DNA from: Macrostomum lignano
Taxonomy: Eukaryota
Direction of reading: 5' to 3'
Length of the DNA stretch: 64,000 nucleotides
Assembly: GCA_002269645.1 (NCBI GenBank)
Contig: NIVC01000396.1
Location: 542,862-606,861 of the forward strand
The notes under the pieces were generated by a model. That model was not told the origin of the DNA and ran no database searches. It worked only from the letters and a program-made list of their open reading frames with translations. The position numbers and the translations under genes were made by a program. Below, in pieces: positions 36,001 through 46,233 of the stretch; within the stretch, counting starts at the first letter, position 1, and each line of letters starts with the position of its first letter.

Positions 36001-39000
36001 GCTCGGCACCTGAGCGTGGAAAATTGCGAGCACAGTATGAGCGATGTACAGAATGACCTCTGATCTAGTATGACCGATTTACTAAATAACTCCCTCCCCC
36101 ATCTCAATATGACCGAACCATCAAATGACCACTACTTCAATATGACCGATGCACTCAATGACCCGCAGTTTCAAATGAACAGCATCTTAGTTATGACCAA
36201 ATCTAGATGACCTTCAGTTCAGTTATGACCAAATCTAGATGACCTTCAGTTCAGTTATGACCAAATCTAGATGACCTTCAGTTCAGTTATGACCAAATCT
36301 AGATGACCTTCAAGTTCAGATATGACCAAATCTAGATGACCTTCAGTTTAGTTATGACCAAATCTAGATGACCTTCAAGTTCAGATATGACCAAATTTAG
36401 ATGACCTTCAGTTCAGTTATGACCAAATCTAGATGACCTTCAGTTCAGTTATGACCAAATGACCTATGATTTAGTATGACCAGAAGCTGTCATACTAAGC
36501 TGCCAAAACGCTCACCTTCTTGGCCAGACTGCCGTCCTCGTTGCGCTGAAAGAACGGCTGACCGGGCAGACTGGCGTCCAGCAGCATCCACAGCTGCTTG
36601 GAGCTGACAAACATGGGGAAATGACCGGAATTGGCCACCTGCAGCCGGTTTGGCAGTTCGAACTCCGGCTCCGGCAGCTCGGCGTCCCGCAGGCCGGCGC
36701 ACAGATCGTAGAAGTTTTTGCGGACCTCCCGGCACAGCACCGGGTTTTTAGTGACGAACAGCTGGCGAAGATGGTCGAACTGCGGCTCCGGCGCGTCCTC
36801 ATTGTCGGAACCGACGTCGACGGCTGAAGACGCGACTGCGGCGGCCTCCTCTTCGTAGGTGTCGGTGGCATCGCTGTTGGTTGTGCGATTCCGGTTCCTG
36901 ACGCGGCCGCGGTGCCGGCCTCTGTGCCGCTGGTCGGCCTCGCAGCCGGCCGCGTCGCCAGCGTCATCGGCGGCGTCCGCGTCCTCGTCAGACTGGGCGC
37001 CATCGTCGGCGGCGTCGGGATCGACCTTTGATAGTTCGAGGGCGACAACCTTCGAGGATTTATCATTTTTCAGACATCCCACTGAACCACTGTTGCTGAC
37101 TCCCTCCATGACATATTGCTGACTAGTCAAATGACCTACTAATGACCGACCCAATCGATGAATGACCCACCTGCTAACTGACCCTCTGATTCTGACCCAC
37201 TGCTGACTGCCCGTTCTATTACTAATGAGGCACTCACTCGATGGCTCACTGAACACCTACCCATTCTATGACCCACTGATGACTGACCCATTCTATGACC
37301 CACTGATGACTGACCCATTCTATGACCAACTGATGACTGACCCATTCTATGACCCACTGATGACTGACCCATTCTATGACCAACTGATGACTGGCCCATT
37401 CTATGACCCACTGATGACTGGCTCATTTTATGACCCACTGATGACTGGCTCATTTTATGACCCACTGATGACTGGCTCTTTTTTTGACCAACTGATGACT
37501 GACCCATTCTATGACCCACTGATGACTGACCCATTTTATGACCCACTGATGACTGACCCTCATTTTATGACCCACTGATGACTGATCTATGACCCACTGA
37601 TGACTGATCTATGACCCACTGATGACTGATCTATGACCCACTGGTGACTGATCTATGACCCACTGATCGACTGATGATAAAAGCTCTCAAACGCACCAGT
37701 CTGTACAGGCGGCGCCGCGGGATAATCGGGTTGGCCTCCGAGCGGACCTGCAGCCAATAGTTGGAAAATTCGGAGAACATTCTAAACACGCAGCAAGTTG
37801 TCTTGCCTGTGCCGCTCCGACCAATGAGCAGCACTGGAGACTCGGAGCTCAGCTCGATGATAGCGTGCTCCTGCTCAGTGACACGGAACGGCAGATCAAT
37901 TCTCGCCTCGCCAGTGAGAATATCGGCAATGAGGCTGGCGTCCCAGCTATAGAACTTCATCATGTGATACTCGGTCTCCTTGGAGGCGCCAGGCGGCTGG
38001 AAACGGACGAGGTCGGAGGACCCGCCGCCACCGCCAGAAACGACACTGTAGGTGCGCGGCAGGATGCGACCAGCATTAGCGGCGTTGTCGCTGGCTAAAG
38101 CCGAGGCGGCTGCGGCTGCGGAGTTCAACTCGCGGGCAAGCGCGCAGGCGGCGCCACGCTTGTGCGCGGTGATCGCCCTGGTGATCTCCTCGGCTAGAGC
38201 TTCCGAGGATTCCACGATGGCCCACAGGCGCAGCACGTCGCAATAAATTCGGCCCTGCGGACCGGACCGCTTCGGGCTGAAGGTGACGGCCCGCTCCCAC
38301 AGCAGGCTGGCCTGGCCGCCCAGGCTGGTCTGGTAGAACTGCAAGCCCAGACCGGCGGCCGACTCCGGCAGGCGGACCGGCTTAGCCAGAGAGCGCCAGC
38401 CGCGCCCGCTGGCCAGTTTTAATAGGCGCCTAGCCAATCGGCGCCTCAGTTGGCGCCACGTGTTCCGACGGCGCCGAAGAGCGTTCCATAGTTCCACCTG
38501 TAGGCATATTAGGCATTAAAAGGGGGTTGTAGCGTCGGACTCACCACTGAAAGGTCGGGGGTTCGATTCCCTATCTACTTGGAACAATTTGTGGCCTTGA
38601 GCAAGACACTTAACTCTGCATTGTTTCAGTTCACCCAGCTGTAGAGTGTGCACCAGCATTAGCTGGGGTAATTGAGGCTGTGTGTGGCGACCCCCCTCCC
38701 CCAGTCCTTGGACTGAACAGCCGGACGCAGCCTTCAGATGCGCCGTGCAATAGCTGCGGCTGAGCTGTCGGTTGCACATCTGGCCCAATTGGGGCAGGCG
38801 TAATCAATTATTATTATTTAGACATACATGTACGAGTTCATAGAACCGCTGCAAGGTGACCAAGTGTACTGCAATAGCACAGAACATGTACAGCAGGGGT
38901 AGGCAAACTCCGGCCACATGCAGCCCGCAAAGCCTCTCTATCCGGCCCTCGGGTCCTTTGAAACTTCACAATAGCAATCCGGCCCGCTCAATTTCTATCT

Positions 39001-42000
39001 CTTCTCAGCGCTCTTCTCTCTAATCTCCTCTCTTCCTCTCTCCTAGTCTCTAGGCAAGAAAAGTACGCACTCTGTGCCCTGAGGGTTGGACCTCGTGTGT
39101 CCTACTAGTAGACAGATTTCCGCGCGCTGAATCGAACCCGGGACTTAATTACAAGAATCGGACACTCCGTTAAGCAACTCTGCCATCCCATCCCCAGCCT
39201 CACCGTGCATTCGATCTCCCAGTCGAGCTCAGCTCCATCGCGCACCATCAGCGCGCTCGCCTCAACGTCAGCCTCGTCGTCGCTGCCAACAACTTCGTCC
39301 GTAGGTGACGTCTGCCGATCATTGCCGCCAACAATGTCCTTCTCTTCGTCGGCTTCGTCCTCTTCTTCTTCCTCGGCGTCCGACTCTTCCGGCGGCGCGA
39401 TGTCGCGCGGGTTCGGCGCGCGCACGGCATTCCGAGTCCGATCGACAATGTCGTCCTTGGTGAGCCGGTCCAGCTGGCGGTGGAACCACTGCAGAGTCTG
39501 CTCGAACTGCGACTGCGGCGTCTGCTGCAAACTTTCGTCCAGCTGCTTCTGCTGCTGTTGTTGTTGCTTCTGCAGTTGCTTCTGCTGCTTCGACGTCAAC
39601 GGTAGATCGCTGCCAACTGACGGCTTGCCAGACCCCGACGCTATGGAGCCGGAGGCCTCGCTGCCGCTGTCAGCGTCGCTCTCGTCGCCAGACGCGTCAT
39701 CGTCGGCGCCAAAATCTGGTCGGGAGTCGACGGGCTCCGGCTCGGGGGAATCTGGCGGCCGCCTGGGTCAGCTGCATCACCAGCTGGGCGCGGTCGCGGC
39801 GGCGGACGGACCGGCAGATAGCCTTGAGGGGGGGGGGGAGCGAGAGAGCAGTGTCCAATGCCATCGGGTTATCTAAACAGACAACTATTGCAAGCTTTTG
39901 GGGATAAGCTAATGGGGACAATGGGGATTTCGATCGGCCGGATAAACCATTGGGGATAATGAGGATTCCGATCGGTGGGATAAATCATTAGGGATAATGG
40001 TGATTTTAATCGGTGGGATAAATCATTGATGATGATGAGTATCCCGATTGATGGGATAAACCTTCGAGGATAATAAGGATTCCGATCGGCCGGAAAACCA
40101 TTGGGGATAATGTGAGGATTCCGACCGGTGGGATAAATCATTGGGGACAATGGGATCCTGATCGGTGGGATTTAGCAACTGATAGTTATCATCCTTTGAT
40201 TCATCCGTTGGGATAATCTACATTGGATTTATCAATGGGGATAAATGAGGATAATAACAAATCCCAGCAGTCTCGCTCACCTGCAGAGCGGTCTGCCTGG
40301 CCTTATTTCGCAGATTCGGATTAGCATCAGTGAGTTCGGCAATTTTGCGCACAGCCTCAATGGAGTGACGGCTCCGGGTGGCGGCGGCAGTGTGATACAG
40401 AGTGTTGCCGTCCCGGTCGCGCAGACAGGGGTCCAGCTGCGGGTGGGACTCCGGGTCCGATTTGTACAGGCCGAGCAGGTGCTCGAACAGTTCAAAGTAG
40501 CCGGGCTCAATGTCCAGGGCAACGATGAGCGCCTTGTGCAGAGGATTTTCGCCAAGACAGTCGGGGCCGAGCAGGCCGCGCTGCATCAGCTGCGGCAGGT
40601 CGCGAGCGAAGCCCTGGCGCTGCTGGCTGGACAGCTCGGACATCTCCATGCCGGACAGGTCGCACAGGGCGCCGGCACGCCTCAGCAGGTCCACCAGCTC
40701 CAATCGCTTGGTCTGGTCGCCGCGCTGGTAGCCAGACATGAGCAGGTCCTGGTTTGGAGGAATTGGAGGCTTTATATCCCGAAAATCTCAACTGTTAGAC
40801 CATTGTATCCAGATAATCTTATATCACTTACTTAGGAATCTCTTATTCAATTCAGAAAATCTTACATATCAATCAGAAGCTCACATCCTGATAAGAGAAT
40901 CTCACATCCTGATAAGAGAATCTCGCATCCTGATAAGAGGATCTCACATCCTGATAAGAGAATCTCGCATCCTGATAAGAGGATCTCACATCCTGATAAG
41001 AGAATCTCACATCCTGATAAGAGAATCTCACATCCTGATAAGAGAATCTCACATCCTGATAAGAGAATCTCACATCCTGATAAGAGAATCTCACATCCTG
41101 ATAAGAGAATTTCACATACTAACAATAGAATCTCAACACACCCCAGTTACTAAATTCACCGATCTCAGTCCCCCAGTTTCACTCACCTGCAGCCTGGCGG
41201 ATGCGGCAACATTGCCCCGCCTGGCGTCCTCCACCACAGCCTCAACGGTGTGCACTCCCAGGTACAGCCGCAGTCCGTGCTCCAGCGTCGGTTTCAAATT
41301 CGTGTCGGGATTGGCCGACGCGGCGCTGCCAAAATAACACTTCAGCAGCACGTGAATGGACTTCCAACACTTAAAAGTGCCGTCCTCGGCCGTGTTGGTG
41401 TCCAGGGTGATGAGGCCGTGTAGTAAACAAGCCAGCAGAGCGGCCGGACTCAGCAGCTGGTCAGTTATGAACCTGGCCGAGATGAGATCGCTCTGCGACA
41501 ACAGCTCCAACAGGTCCGGCAGCAATCGGCCAATGAGGTCGGCGTGCGACTTGCTGAACTGCCGCTTGTGATCCTCGTGCAGCAGGGCGCCGAAAAAGCG
41601 CAGCAATTCTTCGCGCTTTGATAAGTTGCGATGCTTCTCCAGGCTTTTCTCGCACGGCTGCAGAAATAAGCGGATTTTTTCTGGTTCCGTCTATCCCAAA
41701 ACTTATTCCGGTTTCTTCTATCCCAAAACTACTTCCGGTTCCGTCTATGCCGAAACTACTTCCGGTTCCGTCTATGCCGAAACTACTTCCGGTTCCGTCT
41801 ATCCAAAAAAACTTCTTCCGGTTTCTTCTATCCCAAAACTACTTCCGGTTCCGTCTATCCCGAAACTACTTCCGGTTTCTTCTATCCTAAAACTACTTCC
41901 GGTTCCGTCTACCCCGAAACTACTTCCGGTTCCGTCTATTCAAAAAAACTTCTTCCGGTTTCTTCTATCCCAAAACTACTTCCGGTTCCGTCTATCCCGA

Positions 42001-45000
42001 AACTATCCCGGTTTCCTCTATCCCAAAATTACTTATCCCCAAATCCAAATCTACTTTAAGTTCCGTTTATCCAAAAACTACTTCCGGTTCCGTCTATACC
42101 AAAACTACTTCCGGCTTCCTCTAACCCCCAAAACTTCTTCCAGTTTCGTTTAACTAGTCTCAATATGTCAGCGTTACCTGGCAGAGGTAGGCGCCGCCTC
42201 CGTCGCCGGAGATATTATTAGCAGCATCGGCAATGAGAAACTCGGTGCGCTTAGGATGCACGCCGAGACGCTGAGCAAAATAATAGAACCAGCAGTTGGA
42301 GACGCGATCGCAGGGATCAGTGTAATTTAAGCAGGTCTCCGGGTACTGCAAGTAGCCGTACTCTATATCAGACGGCTTATAGTAATCGACCGCTTTGTGG
42401 CCTTTTTTATTTAAAGCTTGTGGATCAACGTGCCCATATCTGCAGGATTAGGAGAGTTTACGACTGCATTGAAGTTAAGCATTTTCATGGCTTTTGATAC
42501 TACTTTCGAGTAGTAACAATAGGCTACTAATAGTAGAGGTGAATAAAAGGCTACTCATAGTAGAGGTGACTAATAGGCTACTCATAGTAGAGGTGACTAA
42601 TAGGCTACTCATAGTAGAGGTGAATAAAAGGCTACTCATAGTAGATGTGACTAATAGGCTACTCATAGTAGAGGTGACTAATAGGCTACTCATAGTAGAG
42701 GTGACTAATAGGCTACTCATAGTAGAGGTGACTAATAGGCTACTCATAGTAGAGGTGACTAATAGGCTACTCATAGTAGAGGTGACTAATAAGCTACTCA
42801 TAGTAGAGGTGACTAATAAGCTACTCATAGTAGAGGTGACTAATAAGCTACTCATAGTATAGAGGTGACTAATAAGCTACTCATAGTATAGAGGTGACTA
42901 ATAATTAAGTATATGCCATACTAAAAGGCAGTCCTCACCTAACCAGCAGTTGAATAGCGGTGCAAGCGAACTCCTTGGAGTATTTGCAGCCAAAAATTTC
43001 ACCGGCCTCCCTGGCCGCCCCAATTAAATGCAGCAGAGTGTCGCCAGTTTTGTCTGCCGACCGGGGCCGATGGAAGTAGAACAGAAATCTGTACAGATCT
43101 AGCGAGCCCGTCTGAATGGCCCGAGTGATTGACGTGTGAAAGCAGGTATTGCCGAGGTGACCTGCGAGGTAAGCCACATTATTATTATTATGCATGAGTA
43201 ATACAAACAGTTTAAAAGGGCCCGAGTGAAAGATTCTCAAGGTTAGAGATGGACCATTTTCAAGGTTGAGATTGACCATTCTCGAGGTTAGAGATGGACC
43301 CTTTTCAAGGTTAGAGATAGACCATTCTCAAGGGTAGAGATGGACCATTGAAGATACTTAAGGGTAGAAAGAGTGAGGTAGAGGATTCTCAAACTCTCAA
43401 AGGCAGGGGATGGGACGGCCAAAGCCCCCAGACAGACAGACTCCCTCACCAGTTAGCGATGAGCTGGGATCCAGTCCCAGCAGGCAGAATAAAACCAGCA
43501 GCCGCTCTCCGTATCGTTTCCACTGCGCGGCCGGCAGCGCCAGCAGGTCCTTAGTTGACGCGGAGCGGCACAGGTGCATCCCATCCGAGCGAAGCGGCTC
43601 CAGCGCCGGCCCGGAGAACTGATGCTCAGCCGAACCGAAAGCCAGCAGCTGGCACAGCGCCAAATAATTGCGACTAGCCAGGTGATGCTGTACAACTGGC
43701 GACCAGATTGCCGCGTCGCGAACTTTTACAGCCGACCGAAGGAAGGCTTTGCGCAGCGCAACTAGCAGCGAGCGCTGGTTGCTGCCGCCGTCACCGCCGC
43801 CGCCGCCGCCGCCGCCGCTGTCCAATAGGGCGGCGATCTCAGTGAGCACGCTGCTCAACAGCGGGCGAGAGGACTCGCCGAGCAACTTCAACGCGCCGGA
43901 GTCGGCCAGGCCGGTCAGGTAGGCGCGGGCTGCCAGCTTGGCAGCCTCGCCAGCCAACAAAGTCATCGAGCTGGTGGCGCCGCCGCCCCGACGCTGAGCG
44001 CCAGCGGAGCCGGCAGCCGAGGCTGAGGCCGATTTCGCCAGCAGAAGGTGGCCGGCCAGCAGGTGCAAGACTGGCGGCGCATTGTCTGAAAATTTCACAC
44101 CCAGACTGACGGCGCGGGACGCCTCCTCATGGCCAGCCAGAGAGCAGGCGGCCGGCGCGGTGTAGCAAGAGCCGATCTTGTAACCGGGCTGGGTTCGGGA
44201 TCGGGGAGGGTTGGCGACTCAGATTGCACTCAATTTAAAAAGCACCGCGCCTATACTGCCTTGAGACAGCTTCAATTAAGACTAATATCGTTTCTTAAAT
44301 GTATAAATCTCACCCATTAAATATAAATCTCACCCTCCGACACACTAAGTATCAATCTTAACCCCAAATATCAATCTAACCCCTTAAATATCAATCTCAC
44401 CCCTTAAATATCAATCTCACTCCTTAAATATCAATCTCACTCCTTAAATATCAATCTCACTCCTTAAATATCAATCTCACTCCTTAAATATCAATCTCAC
44501 TCCTTAAATATCAATCTCACCTCTTAAATATCAATCTCACCTCTTAAATATCAATCTCACTCCTTAAATATCAATCTCACTCCTTAAATATCAATCTCAC
44601 TCCTTAAATATCAATCTCACTCCTTAAATATCAATCTCACTCCTTAAATATCAATCTCACTCCTTAAATATCAATCTCACTCCTTAAATATCAATCTCAC
44701 ACTTTAAGTATCAATCTCATCCATGAAATATCAATCTCACCAATTAAATATCAACCTCACCCATTAAATATCAATCTCACCCATTAAATATCAATTTCAC
44801 CCATATCAAATATCATTCTCAAACCTTTAATCTTGATTTCACCCTCTAAATATCAATCTCAACCTTCCCCAAACACCCACAGATTCAGTACCTGCGTATG
44901 TGGCGCCAGCGTGAGCGCCAGGCGCGTCAGCGACTCGGCCACCCGAACTCGAAAAGCCGGCTCGGTGACCCGATCCGGGGTCAGCGACGGCCAGACGCGG

Positions 45001-46233
45001 TCAAACATGCTGGCATTCCAGCCGCCGCCGCCCTTGACTGACAGATTTTCAACAACGTTGACAAGTTCAGACTGGCGCAGCGACTGGGCGCCGCTCCCCC
45101 CAGCCAGGTCGATGAGGTAGGCCGGGTCGCTGAACGGGGCGGCCAGCTCAATAGCCGGGCCGGTCTGGCGTCGGAGCTCGGCCAGGGTGAAGGCCAGCTG
45201 CGGTCGGCGCTGCTGCCGTTTCAGCTCGGCTAGGAGGCAGTTCCAGGAGGCGCTGGACAGGCCCAGCTGCTGAATGCCGCCGTTGCTGGGGCCGTTGGCT
45301 GACTCAACCGGGGTCCCATTATTTCTCAACTGGCTCGAGTAGCCAGCCGGGGCGGCCGTCTCCAGGTATTCGATGTACATCTCAACGGCTGAATTCGCGC
45401 TGAACTCGTCGCGAGGAAATTCACAGTTGGCGAAGCAGGCGACGATGACGCGAGGCGCATAGTCGGAGAGACCAATGTCCTTGTGGATCTGGGCCAGCCA
45501 GTGGTAGGACTGGCGATGCGGGGGCGGGGTAGGCCATGTTTGATTAGAAAAATTTGAGAGGGGATCATAGAGGGGAGATTTTCACTACGGGGATAACAGG
45601 GGAAATTTCCCATAGGAGGGTAATAGAGGGGAGATTTTCACTAGGGAGTAATATATGGGGACTTTCACTAGGGGGATAATATAGGGGAGATCTTACATTT
45701 TGGAACACATGCTATAGCTATAATAAGCAGTTACACCCTTGAGCACATTTGCGTGTAAGCTACTGTCAGTTCAGTAGAAAGTTCAGTTTGGCCCTCTTAA
45801 TCCCTAAGCCAAGCATAGCATTCCTCGGCATTCCAGCCTAAACTGTCGCGCATATTGTTAGTAGCTCTGGCTGCACCACTAGAGTTTGCTTACGCCTTAA
45901 AGCCGGGCACAGAGACACTGCTTTGCCAAGCCAAGACAATTAAAAGTTCAAACTAAGCAAACAGCAAGCCAGCCTTACTCGCCAGTACTTCTTGTCGCAT
46001 TTAAGCGCATTCAGGGCATCCTCGTACGCCGACTGCATTGCCGAGAGCTTGCGCCAACAGGCAGCCCTGTTGCACAGGACCTTAGCCTTGGCGGTCTTGT
46101 CCTTGGTAGTCTTGTCAATCAGGCCGACGCAGAAGGAGTAGAGCAGCAGAGCCGGGTGAAAGTCATCCCGGCGGAAATAATCGTTCCCTCTGTCGCGAAA
46201 GAATTTGTCATCAAATTGAAACTGCTGCTGCAT
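25668..46233 (-). CDS. TRANK1: TRANK1/Lba1-like giant TPR-ankyrin-UvrD(SF1) helicase, 17 exons, ~3180 aa
   Basis: Exons: 46233-45979, 45509-44892, 44188-43450, 43161-42939, 42439-42178, 41657-41187, 40748-40281, 39822-39204, 38497-37697, 37118-36516, 36009-34819, 34265-33969, 33259-32873, 32243-31806, 30661-30098, 28546-27803, 26536-25668. All are GT-AG with matching phases, apart from single-base frame breaks in exons 8 and 17. N-terminal TPR (RDRGNDYF...NRAAC); ankyrin repeats (GDTLLH, GENPLH, GNTLYH); helicase motifs [53 protein letters not shown]; TPR-like helices; Gly/Arg tail. Total coding 9549 nt. Confidence 0.92.
26680..27720 (-). repeat. 60-bp tRNA-derived tandem repeat in TRANK1 intron 16
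   Basis: About 16-17 units such as tggtcagaatttcatttagaggacccgggttcgaatcccggtcagggagcc. Each has a B-box GGTTCGAATCC, and there is a 4-unit higher-order period. Confidence 0.9.
28680..30068. repeat. (TCTG)n microsatellite filling TRANK1 intron 15
   Basis: About 1.4 kb, with TCTTAGTG and GCGA interruptions. Confidence 0.97.
30705..31800. repeat. 23-24 bp minisatellite, TRANK1 intron 14
   Basis: Unit agcatcgagaattccccacc(ttgt/ctcc); the array begins within a few nt of the donor. Confidence 0.95.
32305..32815. repeat. 23-bp minisatellite, TRANK1 intron 13
   Basis: Unit ctatctaccagaatcatcacccg. Confidence 0.95.
33370..33935. repeat. 21-bp minisatellite, TRANK1 intron 12
   Basis: Unit ccctctgtagctggttgtgcc. 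Confidence 0.95.
34285..34750. repeat. 23-bp minisatellite, TRANK1 intron 11
   Basis: Unit ggtagagcgggtagattaatttg. Confidence 0.95.
36190..36485. repeat. 32-bp minisatellite, TRANK1 intron 10
   Basis: Unit ttatgaccaaatctagatgaccttcagttcag. Confidence 0.95.
37255..37675. repeat. 27-bp minisatellite, TRANK1 intron 9
   Basis: Unit atgactgacccattctatgacccactg, shortening to a 22-bp variant near the donor. Confidence 0.95.
38520..38790 (+). mobile_element. tRNA-headed SINE with conserved central domain, TRANK1 intron 8
   Basis: tRNA-like head with B-box ggttcgattcc (38560-38570), followed by ccttgagcaagacacttaac...cagttcacccagctgta, which resembles the conserved central domains of CORE/Deu/Meta-type SINE superfamilies. 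Confidence 0.7.
39900..40255. repeat. Degenerate ~40-bp minisatellite, TRANK1 intron 7
   Basis: Recurrent attccgatcggtgggataaatcattggggataatg. Confidence 0.8.
40875..41120. repeat. 21-bp minisatellite, TRANK1 intron 6
   Basis: Unit cctgataagagaatctcacat. Confidence 0.95.
41680..42125. repeat. 27-28 bp minisatellite, TRANK1 intron 5
   Basis: Unit aaactacttccggttccgtctatgccg. Confidence 0.92.
42515..42905. repeat. 27-bp minisatellite, TRANK1 intron 4
   Basis: Unit aataggctactcatagtagaggtgact. Confidence 0.95.
43230..43350. repeat. 22-23 bp minisatellite, TRANK1 intron 3
   Basis: Unit ttctcaaggttagagatggacca, ~5 copies. Confidence 0.85.
44300..44865. repeat. 20-bp minisatellite, TRANK1 intron 2
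   Basis: Unit tccttaaatatcaatctcac; homogeneous core with degenerate edges. Confidence 0.95.
45565..45695. repeat. Short degenerate ~28-bp repeat, TRANK1 intron 1
   Basis: Recurrent ggggagattttcactagggg.taat, ~4-5 copies. Confidence 0.65.

Noticed and set aside
39744-39748. Programmed ribosomal frameshift in TRANK1 exon 8
   Set aside because: No canonical slippery heptamer was recognised, and several similar homopolymer indels in unrelated genes favour sequencing error.
30086-42862. Repeat-encoded ORFs in introns ([40 protein letters not shown])
   Set aside because: They lie inside GT-AG introns whose removal yields a continuous TRANK1 frame.
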